Below, piece after piece: positions 13,345-24,197 of a stretch of DNA of 64,000 bases. The position numbers were made by a program, and so were the translations under genes. Positions within the stretch are counted from its first letter, which is position 1; each line of letters begins with the position of its first letter. Source of the DNA: Mobula hypostoma (lineage: Eukaryota); NCBI RefSeq assembly GCF_963921235.1, contig NC_086108.1, positions 41,604,001-41,668,000 of the forward strand, read 5' to 3'. A model generated the notes under the pieces. That model was not told the DNA's origin. It worked only from the letters and a program-made list of their open reading frames with translations, and did no database searches.

Positions 13345-14574
13345 AATGAAGGGTCTTTCTCCAGTTATTGGTACAGAGTTTCTGTCTATTGGAAGTTCTT
13401 AAATACGCTGTTGCAAATCACATACCAGTTGAGGTTTCAGCTGAGTAAGTACTTAGTGAGGGGTTTATTTTTCTGCCTATTTCTCCCTAGGTTCATTACT
13501 CCGAATTTCCCCATCCTCTTCCTGCACTTCCATTCCTCACCAATGAGCAAGCTGAGAAACTGAATTTTCAATATTGTATATAAAACAAAATGAAGTATTT
13601 AACTGATCTAGCTAATTTTCATACATAGAATTAAGTTGGACCGTCCTAGAGATTTTATTTAAACTTCATGTCAGTTCTATTCACAATTAATCTCAATGAA
13701 ATATACTTTACAATGAAAAGTCCACCAGTAAAGCTGTATGTTCACAGGATCATGTCTGCAGCACCAGACAAGAATCTCCTTAACATCTGGGATGCAGCCA
13801 GACTCTGGTAACTCTGCTTGCAAGATTCACTGAACGGAAATCAAACAGACCGTTGGCCAATGAAATAAGCATTTTCTAACTTGATGATCATAATTAAGTA
13901 TTTCTATTATCTGGATACATTTGGTTCTTTCAGAATGTTCATAGTTAGTAGTTATAAACACAATTTGGTAATATCAGTATGCTGATTTGCCTCTGATTTA
14001 TTCTCCATTTTGAATGAATTACTGAGGCAAAGTACAGCATGCTGATGTGAATATACAGAACATTTGCTGTTATTGACTGTGGATGGATTTGCCACTATGT
14101 GTGTATCTCCTAATACTTGACATGAAACCCACAAAACAAAGTGGCCAAACAACTGGTTAAAGTTGACATGGTACAAAAAATGGTTTTCCTCATCTCTCAC
14201 CTTGTCCAAGTACAAATAAGCAGAGACAAACTGGTAAAAGATCATAGAAGATATTTAAAATTATCATTGTACTAGTGACACACTACTAATGAACTCATAG
14301 ATTTTTCAAGCACTTTTGAGCAGTTTGCAAGATACCATATGACCTGGGAGGTCTTAGCAGATTAGTCTTTTTGAGGTTCTCAGGATCTGAAACAATCTGT
14401 ATGATTTCTATTCTCAGGAAATAAAAGTATTTGGAGATGAAATGTTAATTAAATCTGATGAAATGCTCAATGTATATTTTTTTCAGACTTTGGGAAAATC
14501 TTAAACTAAAGGTGTTGAATGCTTTTTACATTTTAGATAATTGACTCTATCGTCTGATTTCAAAGATTGAATAT

Positions 14575-14885
14575 TAAAGATTAAAGATCAGCTTTTTGTC
14601 ACATGTACATTGAAACATCAACGCATACAGTGAAATGTATTGTTTGCCTCAACAATCAACACAGTCGAAGGATTGCTGGGGGCAGCCCACATGCCGGTGC
14701 CAACAATGCATGCCCACAACTTGCTAACCCTTACTAATCCATATGTCTTTGGACTGTGGGAGGAAGCCAGAGCTCCCAGAGGAAACCCATGTAGTCACAA
14801 GGAGAATGTACAAATTTTTTACAGACTGCAGCAGGAACTGAATCCAATCACTTGCGCTGTGAAGTGCTATGTTAACCATTGTGCT
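14575..14885 (-). mobile_element. HE1/V-SINE-like element
   Basis: Reverse complement of the V-SINE core (gtctttggactgtgggaggaagccagagc...ggaaacccatg) with a 3' part similar to 45715-46020. Confidence 0.65.
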
Positions 14886-15047
14886 GAAGTGTCAGCCTCA
14901 TGTCACATGCTGATTATTTTCCATGATGTAATCAGCGGGATGCTGACGGGTCACGGCAGAGTGGAAAGCTTGTTTTCTCATGTGGAAATGCTTGGAAAAA
15001 TAAAGGGTCACCCATTTAAATCTGAACTTGAAAGGGAAATAACTTTA

Positions 15048-15240
15048 CCTTCCTGAACCTGGTGGTGTAGTACTTCAGGCTTCTGTATCTCTTGCCAAAC
15101 TTTAGCTGCATAAAGATAGCATGGCCTGCATGGCAGGGATCTTTGATGACAGATGTTGCCTATTTGAAGCGGTGCCTCCTGTAGATCCTGGGGAGTAACG
15201 TGCCTGGAATGTATTGGGCTGAGTCCACTTTGCTCTGTCC
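15048..15240 (-). mobile_element. Decayed Rex1/Babar-like LINE fragment
   Basis: ttcctgaacctggtggtg...cttcaggcttctgtatctc...gcatggcctg...gatctttgatg resembles 16300-16480 and 47950-48060. Confidence 0.55.
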
Positions 15241-16267
15241 TGCAGGATGAGTGTGTGTGGAGGTGATCAGTAGGGGTAACAAAGACTAGATGGGACCCTG
15301 CATCATATGGCATCATCATTGAATGAAATATGTGGATTGAACATCAAGGACTTCCCACTCGGGAAAATGAAGCCTCCAACTCCCTTGACCCACAGATCAG
15401 GCAAGGCTAGTGTATTTTGAATATCACAGAAGCAGACCTTGCCTTTCAAATTATGACCTCCTTCTTTATGGTAATGCAAATGAATTTTACCCAAGCAGCG
15501 TTACAGTTAGGTATCACTCACCGCATTTCCAGATTTTAAGAATATTGACGTTTTGGGTACAGAAAATCAAAATGAATTACTGAAGTCTTGTAACTGAAGA
15601 ACAAATATTTTAGATTAAATTCATTTGCATAGTGTACTTACAAAGTTGCAGCAAAATATTCCAAGCCCAGACTATATATAGATTTCAGATAACTATTTAT
15701 TGATCACCTGTCAGGTGTTACTAGTTACATAATTCAGTTATTAATATTCCCCACTAAAATATAACTTGAGGACTGCTCAGTTATTAAAATATGCCCAATA
15801 TATTTGGTGGTATGCTAACACACCTTAAAACCAGTTTTCTGTTTTAAGAAATCGATCATCTGGATATATAATTGAAGTTATAGAGCTGTTAAAGGCCTTC
15901 AGCCCACCATGTTCATACCAACCATATTGCTCGTATATGCTAATCCCATTTAACTGCATTATGTATGTATTCTTCAGAGTCAGGTTCACTGGCATGGAAC
16001 ACGAAATATGTTGTTCTGTGGCAGCAATACATAATAAATTAACAGGCTCGTCATGATCATCATGACTCCAGTATTTCTACTATTCTTTAATGTTTCTTAA
16101 TTGTACACATGATTTTTTTGTGTTCTATCGCTGAGCAGCAGTGAACCATCTGATTGGCCTACCAGAGTTCCCTTTGAGAACTGGTTGACTTGATCAGCAT
16201 TTCTGATCTGGCTATTGTTCACAATTGCACTGAAATAAAAATAACTATATATATATATATAAAATTT

Positions 16268-16890
16268 AAATTAAATAAAAGCAAAATAAATAGTGAAGTA
16301 GTGTACATGTCCATTTAGAAATCTGATGGCGGAGGGGAAGAAGCTGTTCCTGAAATATTGAGCATGTGTCTTCAGGCCCCTACACCTCCTCCTTGATGGT
16401 AGCAATGAGAAGAGGTCATGTCCTGGGTGAAGAGAGTCCTTAATGGCAGATGCTGCCTTCTTGAGGCATTGCCTTTTGAAGATCTCCTCAATCCTGGGGA
16501 GGGTAGTGCCCATGATAGAGCTGGCTGAGTTCGCAACTTTCCGTAGCATTTTTCAATCCTATACTAGATGGTGATGCAACCAATTTGAATACTCTTCATG
16601 ATATATATGTAGAAATTTGTGACATATCAAGTCTCCTCAAGCTCCTAATGAAATACAGCTGCTGTGGTGCTTTTTTGTAATTGCATCAATTTGTTGGGCC
16701 CAGGATAGATCTTCAGAGGTGTTGACACACCCAGGAACTTGAAACTGCTCACTCTTTCCACTACTGATCCCTCGATGAGGACTGGTGTGTTTTCCCTCAA
16801 CTTCCCCTTTCTGAAATCCACAATCTTTGGTCTTAATGGTGTTGAATGCAAGGTTGTTGTTGCAACCCCACTCAACCATCTGATCTGTCT
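16268..16890 (-). mobile_element. Rex1/Babar-like LINE 3' fragment
   Basis: Minus-strand WGCNNNLAFN..KTK..IVDFRK..VERVSSFKFLGV and HPGHDLFSLLPSRRR...NSFFPSAIR, with frameshifts. Confidence 0.8.
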
Positions 16891-16899
16891 CACTTCTTT

Positions 16900-17940
16900 A
16901 CCATCCTTCTGCGCCATGCCTATTCAAATGCCCCTTAAAGGTACTGATTGTATCTGTGTCCACCATCTCCTCTGGCAGAGACCTCTAGATATCAATCACA
17001 CTCTGTGTTTCAATAAAAACCTTTCCCCGCAAATTCTCCTTCCTCTCATCTGAAGCCAATGCTCTCTTGTTTTTGATTTTCCTGACATACAGAAAAAAAC
17101 TCTATCTCACCTGTTTGTGCCTCTTAATTTTGGTTTATATCAAATCACTCCTCAATCTCCTTTGCTGCACGGAAAACAAATCCAGCAAATCCAATTTTCC
17201 CTCTAACTAAACTCTTCAATCCAGCCAACATCTTGCAAATCTTGTCTGCAGTCTCTCCAGGACAACCATGTACTCCTTGTGATGTAGTGATGAAAGCCAC
17301 ACATAATACTCTGTGTGATCTAACCAGTATTGAGCAAAGTTGCAACATCCCACCTCTTACATTCTGTGCTCTGACTTATAATGACAACTACAGAATATAC
17401 CTTCATCACCATCCTATCTACCTGCGAATCTGTTTTCAGGTAACTGTGGACTTGAACCCCAAAGCCTTTTTGTTTTTCAACATTCCTTAGTTCTCTTCCA
17501 TTTACTGTATATACCCTACTCCCATTTGACTTCCCAAAATTAAATTTCATCTGCCAGTGTTCTGCCCAATTTTCCACCTGATCTGTCCTGCTAAATCCTT
17601 GCACAACTTTCTCGCTCTCCACAGCACCACCAACTTTCATGTCATTCACATAGTTGCTAATCATTCATCCCACGTTCACATCCAGATAGTTAAAATATAT
17701 AGTATACTAAATGGGTCCCAACACTAATCCCTGTGTACAGCACTAGTTGCAAATGTCCAATCAGGAAAGCATTGTTCCATCATTCTTCTCCTCTGCCTTC
17801 CTCCACCCCGCCAGTTTTGGATCCCATGAGCTAGTTTGTCTTGGATCCCATGTGCATCAACCTCTGGACCAGCCTGCCATGTACCTTACTAAAGTCCATA
17901 TGGACAACGTCTACTGCCCTACCTTCCTCAATCTTCTATC
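16900..17940 (-). mobile_element. Decayed CR1 LINE fragment
   Basis: Minus-strand WAEHWQMKFN, GVQVHSYLK...QVDRMV motifs, frameshifted. Confidence 0.75.
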
Positions 17941-18153
17941 ATCAATCTAGTTTGCAACGCTTTCGATTCCAGTGCTTCTTTTAAAGTACAGTCTAATGCA
18001 ATGAAATAGTGTTGGAATTATTCTGCCTGCATGCGTGTCATTTCATTGCTGATGCAAACTGGTGGATTGCAGCTGCTCTTCGCAATTATCTATCAAAGCA
18101 GTAAATTTTGGGGAATTGAGCACAGACCAAATGTATTTTTTTGTGTTTGGCAG

Positions 18154-18273
18154 GTTGACGACCAAATGAAACTACTTCAGAACTGCTGGAGTGAGCTTTT
18201 AATCTTGGATCACATTTACAGGCAAGTGGCACATTGGAAAGAAGGCGCAATCCTCCTTGTTACTGGGCAACAG
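18154..18273 (+). CDS. NR5A2: NR5A2 (LRH-1) internal coding exon, ligand-binding domain (helix 4/5 to beta-sheet), 120 bp, phase 0-0
   Basis: Translates [40 protein letters not shown], near-identical to the LRH-1 segment [40 protein letters not shown] as I recall it. Preceded by a T-rich tract and CAG (AG 18152-18153), followed by donor GTGAGT at 18274. Confidence 0.97.
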
Positions 18274-19979
18274 GTGAGTGCAGAATGCAACACACTGAGG
18301 GGACTGCAAGGGCTTTTGTGGTCCATTTACCTTTCTCTGACCTCTTTAAAATATTTGACTTTAAAGCCGATTGGAATGTACAGTGATTCAATTTTGCTTT
18401 CTTCCAAACATGACATACTGCCAATATTTGTTTTAGTGGTAAGAAAACTGAAATCAATACCTTCCAGCATAGTAATATTCATCATTGTGCAAACAGAATT
18501 TGTTGTTGATAGCAAAACTATTTAATTTTGGCTGTCTCATAATTGGGAATAGAACAGTAGCGCAGTATTCATGTAACAGCATTAGTAATCTAAAAGTTGA
18601 CACAATAGCCCCATCCATGAGAATTTTAATTCCATTTAAAAAAGACAGAGAACAAAATAAACCACTGCCAGTAAACAATATCTGACAAAAATTGGTGGAT
18701 TGTTATAAAACTCTAACCAATTCAATAATGTATTCTAGTGAAATCTAATCTATATGTGACACTAACCCCACTGAGGTTGTTTCTCTGCTGTCTTCTGAGG
18801 TTACTGGCTACCTGGTTATCTAGCAACGTAGTTCTTTAAATGGTTTCCATCCTCTCAGGGCAATCAATGCAATATAGGCAACAGTTACAGTTCATCACTT
18901 GTTCAAAGCTCTTTTTTAGAGATTGAAGAGGAAATTAAATCAAGTCAACCTGGAAGTCAACAATATCTCAGAAGTGTCAAACGATCAGGTTTTCATAACC
19001 CAGCACCAGACCAGGAACTCAGTAAATCACATAATTGGCTTTTATCTCTTTCAGTTCTAATCCTTTCAATCACAAATTATGCCCCTTGTAATCCTTTTCA
19101 TGATCCCATTGATTGGCCTAGGCAGTATCATCATCTGCCAGAGCAGTAACCAAATTTCCTGATCCTCTATAACCATTTACCTAATCACCAACCCAATGAT
19201 CGACAATCTAACCTGTGAAGGATACTGTATCCATCTCTTGCTCGGTAGTACCTGTACCTTGAGCTAACCAAGGGGATTACAATGGTGGGCCCACAAAGTA
19301 GTCAATAGCCCAGTCTCCAGTGCATTCTAGAATTTTGATGACAACTTCTGCAAAATACATACACATTTACCTCATAGCATGTGTTATGCTACATCAGAAT
19401 GCTTTGAAAGGGCTATTGGTAAATGCTGCATCTTTATGTATCCTCTGCAAATCAACTAGAAACTGTTAATGCTTTTGGGTGAGAAGTGTAAGGGCTACGG
19501 TCTTTCTCCGGGTACTTAAGCAGTGACGCCTCCTGTACAGACTGAGTGTTGCTCTGTCCAAGTTAGCATCTTTCACCTGGTTCATTAAACGAGGATCATC
19601 TGCTGTCTCGGGTAGATTTAAAAGATCCCATGGCACCATTTCAAATTAATGTTATTTTCTGTGCTCTGGAACATATTTAGCCATCATCCAGGGGCACAAA
19701 ACATTTCTAATCATTATCAAATTGTTATTTGTGGAAGATTAACTTCACCATTACAGTATGATAATGTAATACAAGCATTTTGGAAAAGCATAAGACTGTG
19801 AAAGGCACTATAATAGACCTTTCGTCATTAAAACTGGAAGGGTATCCTTATTGCCAACTCTTGTTTCATGTCATTTTGAGATTTCATCTGATGACATTGC
19901 TCACTCATCTCTTGGGTGTCCAGCATTCCTCCTGTAATCTTGCCTGTCGCCAAATCTTGCCATTGTCCATGAATGTTAT

Positions 19980-20540
19980 TGTGTGTTCGTCCATCGTCAA
20001 CGTCGATGAGGACCTCGACACCTTTATGATAGTGTCAAGACTAGCGCGTGATTTGGATTTAAGTGAGGGAGAATTACACAGCGTCAGCCTCACTCTTCCC
20101 AATTCCCATCTGGATCCAGGGGCAAGACAGAGTCAAGACGGCTGGAGATGGGACTAGGCGCGTGGATGACCAGGACGTCTTCCGTGTCTTGTCCTGCTCT
20201 ACACATTCCACGATGCTTGCAGAGACCGCCTTCTTGACCATTGGACCTTCCATTGGTCTTGTCGGCTCAATCCGCCGGAGTCTGTCTTCACATGCTGGGA
20301 TAGACAACTTCCTATCTCACCGAGGGTTTGAGACCCATCGGCTACCCTCACCTGGTTTAGCCGGCTTGTCAAAGCCGTTGCCCGGTGTATGGCCGCTATT
20401 GAATGCAAGTAGCTACAGGGAGCCACAGGTGAGAGCTGAGTGCCAGGTGGGGACCAAAGGTGGACTAACTACCTTGAAAAGGATGTGACATCTTCCCCCA
20501 CCAGAGGTGCTACCCCTCCCTGACACCCCATACACCCCAT
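19980..20540 (-). mobile_element. GC-rich non-autonomous element, probably RTE-derived
   Basis: GC/CpG-rich island without a real ORF; shares the motif GCGTGAnTnGATTT-AnGTGAG with 60685-61146. Family assignment is tentative. Confidence 0.45.
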
Positions 20541-21056
20541 GAATGGTATACCATTCACTCAAGTATTTTAGCATCTATCTTGAATAAAGAAAGTGATTTA
20601 TTTTGTGTTATAGTGAGATCAATATGATTTATAAAGTAAAAAACACACAGAATTGACTTTTCAAAATAGCAAATATCTAGCAAGTAGCACAACAAAGTTT
20701 CTGTACAATATAATTACTTCAAAGTACAAAAAATATCCAAAATTAAATCTAATTCAAGATTGCTGACTGCTAACTACTGCAGCAAGGCTTCAAAGAACAA
20801 AATATACCCAAAATGAAATCTCTCAGCCCACAATAACTTTGGCGTTTAGCAACCAATGATTTAATAGGTGAAACTAGCTCAGAATTTCCATCAACCGCTG
20901 AAGGACACATTAGACCTTTCCCAACAGACAACTCTTTACAGAAGCGAGAACAACTTGTCTTCAAAATCTTTACCCTCAGCTACATGCCCTACTTCTCTAA
21001 AAATATGGACTGCCCATGACCCTGCCTCTCCAAGGTCTCCTGCACATAAAATAAAA

Positions 21057-21311
21057 GCATCTGTTAGTCTTGCGAGACCATGGATCTGCGCCTGGAAAGT
21101 CTTCACTCTCCAGGGCAAGGTTGTATGGAAGACCAGCATTTGGCCATGCTGCAAGTCTCCCCTCTCCACGACAGCAATGTTGTCCAAGGGAAGGGCATTA
21201 GAACTCATACAGCTTGGCACTAGTGTCGTCGCAGAGCAATGTGGCATTAAGTGCCTTGTTCAAGGACAGAACACATTGCCTCGGCTGGGGCTCAAACTCA
21301 CGACTTTCAGG
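21057..21311 (-). mobile_element. 5'-truncated copy of the tRNA-derived SINE at 121-425
   Basis: Colinear match to 121-387 (gcatc..ttagtcttgcgagaccatggatctgcgcctggaaagtcttc...ctcacgac.ttcagg). Confidence 0.85.
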
Positions 21312-22291
21312 TCTTGGCCATCAGGCTGCACAACTTCAGTTACATCACTGCTAGTCTGGACCAACACAACATCCTTACCAGATGATTGGTCAAAATAGTG
21401 TTCAATTAGCTTAATTTTTCCCAACACTTTTAAGAACTCAGCACTCTCAGTAGCAGTTCGTCAGGAGTTCGGACATCCACCCTGTTCAGGTCACAAGCAT
21501 TATCTGTGGATAACCGCTTCAAATCACATTGAACCTTTATCTCTGTGGAATCCATGATAAAGTACCTTAATCACTTTCCCTGACACAAGCCTAACCACTG
21601 GCTTAAAACACAAACCATTTAATCAATCCTAAAACAGGAGTCACACAGCATCCACAATCCCCGGACGATGGCCCCCACAAATGTAAGCCCTCTCACCAGG
21701 GCTCATGTACAAACTCAGCTCATTAGCTAACTCTATTATCATGATTCAGAAGTGAGAAGGCCACCATTCATAAACAATATACATCTAGGGTCAGTATAGA
21801 ACCTAGGGTCATCCAGGTTCAACCAAGGAGGAATGTCGTGAAGTTCCAATTAAAGGAACCTTGATGTGAGCAAATGCTGTGTAAATACTACCCATACACA
21901 ATTATTGGTCAGCAAGAAATAGCAGATCATGCATTGCATAAAATTATAAAGAAAGTATATTTACCAATTTCAGCTTTATCAAACAGTTAATAGGGAAAAG
22001 AAAATAAAAATTGCACTACAGTTAAACCAATCCAATGTGTACTTGACCATTGGAGATTGTACTGGAGTATTTGGAGGTGACTCTCTTACTCACACGCCGG
22101 ACCCATGATCTGCGTGAAAGCGCCCGCCACATTCTGAACTTCCCTCGAAGTCCATCTGGAACAAACTGGCTCTCTCTCAGGAGTATTAGCCCTTCCTCCT
22201 TGGAGCCATTCATCTGCACTTCTTGCAGCAGGGACTCTTCTTCCAATGGCATTCTGTGGCCCCCTTCCTTGTACCCCACTCCACAACTCCC

Positions 22292-22761
22292 ATCCAATTG
22301 CATCAGCTCTTCATCTGTCAGTTCTTGGTCATGGGATGCCAAAACCTCTTCAACATCATGTTCGTCAGCTTCCACAAGCCAAACTCACTTTGTCCTTACT
22401 TCATTCACCACAATCGAAACGCTTAATTATGTCTAGTTTTACACTAAGTGTAACACTCTTACGAGCTCTTTTAGGCTTTTCCGATACCATAGAACTCATC
22501 TTGCAAATGGCTGCTCACAGGCACGTGTTAAAGCAATGCCGGCGAGAATGCAGTTCTGAATCTGGGGAGAGCGGCTGCTCGGGGCGTGCGCTGCCTTTTA
22601 TCGTGCACTGATTTTTTCACGCGCTGATCTTTTTATCACGTGCTGCTTTTTTTCTTCTAACAGTGAAAACACCTTCTGAAAGTGAAAACAGGGTACTAAA
22701 GTAGGTCTTTCGTAACAGTGAGGTTTCGTAAAACGAACGTTCGAAAAGCGGGGGACACCTG
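22292..22761 (-). mobile_element. Tigger/pogo-like DNA transposon derivative, one end present
   Basis: Minus strand starts TA-CAGGTGTCCCCCGCTTTTCGAACGTTCG (Tigger-style TIR) and encodes DVEEVLASHDQELTDEELMQL, typical of pogo/Tigger transposase C-termini. Other TIR not found. Confidence 0.65.
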
Positions 22762-23840
22762 TAATTGCCATCAAATAGCACAATAAGGTTTCTGTGCAAT
22801 ATAATAACTTGAAAGAACAAAATATATCCAAAATTAAATCTAATTCAGATTATTGACTGCCGACTACTGCAGCAAAGCTTCAGAAGGTGAGTTTTGGTTC
22901 TTGAGAAACAAAACTAAATCTGCCTAACTCCAGTGATAACAATATATTCAGAAAAATTTCACAGGCTGGTGTGAGCTCCACTTCAGTCAGTCTTATGATT
23001 TCTTTCCTTTTTCTTCCTTTATCTCTTTCCCTCTCCCCCTTTCCTCCCTCCCTCCCTCCCTCTCCTCTCTCTCCTCTTTTATACATGTTTGCCTAATTTC
23101 TCCTGCATGCCATCCCTCCTACTCCTCCTGCAATCATGACCAGAATAAGAGCATGGCTTAAATCGGTGATTCCCAAAGTGGGAGTTTCTAAAGCAGCAAT
23201 GAAAATAAAGGGGATGGTGGTGTGTGGCACTCGGTAGCAAGAGCAGAAGTTGAAGGAGTACAGACTTAATTTAAGAAATTAATTATTTATTATAAATATT
23301 TGATCCCCAGTGTCTCATAATTGATTACGATGATCACATGGTCGCCTCATCACTTGCTAACTAACTGTTCTCTTAAATTTGCTTGAAGCACATTATAGTT
23401 TCTGAAAAGCAACATGACACTTCTGTATTCGTGATATCATGAGAAATCTGGACTAGAGAAAATGTGTTATTTCCCGGCCCGCGCATTATTGCCATTTACT
23501 ACGTAGTACAATGTTAGCTGGTACAATTCCTCTACTCGAATCATGCAATGACTCAGTTTCTGTGAATTAGGCTATAGCATTCAATGGGGTATAGTTCAGA
23601 ATCTGCCCTTTCAAATGGTCTTGACCAAATTTCTCTGGCCTATGGCACAACTGAAATATTGTGGCCCCACTTTACGTACCTTCAGGCAGAGTTAGGTTTT
23701 GGCTGATCTGTGATGATGTCATAATTTTCTCCTTTATTGACCACAGTGCTTGAGCTTGGACTTAAAATAGGCTATTGATCATGGTCACTAATCCACAACG
23801 AAAAGAGTGAAAGCAGACCAAACAAGAGAAGTGTAGGCAG

Positions 23841-24197
23841 CACACATAAAAATTGCTGGTGAATGCAGCAGGCCAGGCAGCATCTATAGGAACAGGTACA
23901 GTCGACGTTTCGGGCCGGGACCCTTCATCAGGACTAACTTAAAGAAGACTAATTCCGCTAGTTGGAGCTGAGTGGTGGTAGAGGGGAACTGGTTAGGTTT
24001 GGAATAAATTATAGATGGGGAGCAGTGAGAGATGGTTTCACTAAACTCCCGTCGAAGAGAAGATTTAAACTTCTTTAGCATAGGCATCACCAGAAGAGGC
24101 TCTACAGTAGTGAATTTAAAAACGCAAACACGAGGAAATCTGCAGATGCTGGAATTTCAAGCAACACACATAAAAATTGCTGGTGAATGCAATTTTT
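23841..24197 (-). mobile_element. Internally deleted Penelope-like element (family A) nested in the hAT transposase gene
   Basis: 27-bp terminal direct repeat CACACATAAAAATTGCTGGTGAATGCA (23841-23867, 24165-24191); pseudo-LTR matches 62271-62404; flanked by 14-bp duplication AGAAGTGTAGGCAG (23827-23840, 24198-24211). Confidence 0.85.
23899..23936 (-). ncRNA. Minimal type I hammerhead ribozyme motif (Penelope-associated), core intact
   Basis: Minus strand: UAGUC-CUGAUGA-A-GGGU-CCCG-GCCC-GAAAC-GUC/GACUG; stem I UAGUC/GACUG, stem II GGGU/GCCC, palindromic ACGU in place of stem III. Confidence 0.8.

Noticed and set aside
18031..18525. 164-aa ORF as a stand-alone gene
   Set aside because: Only 18154-18273 is NR5A2-like and splice-bounded; the rest is intron read-through.
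20868..21398. 176-aa ORF sharing a peptide with ORF 64-390
   Set aside because: The shared peptide is the antisense translation of a SINE, not a protein domain.
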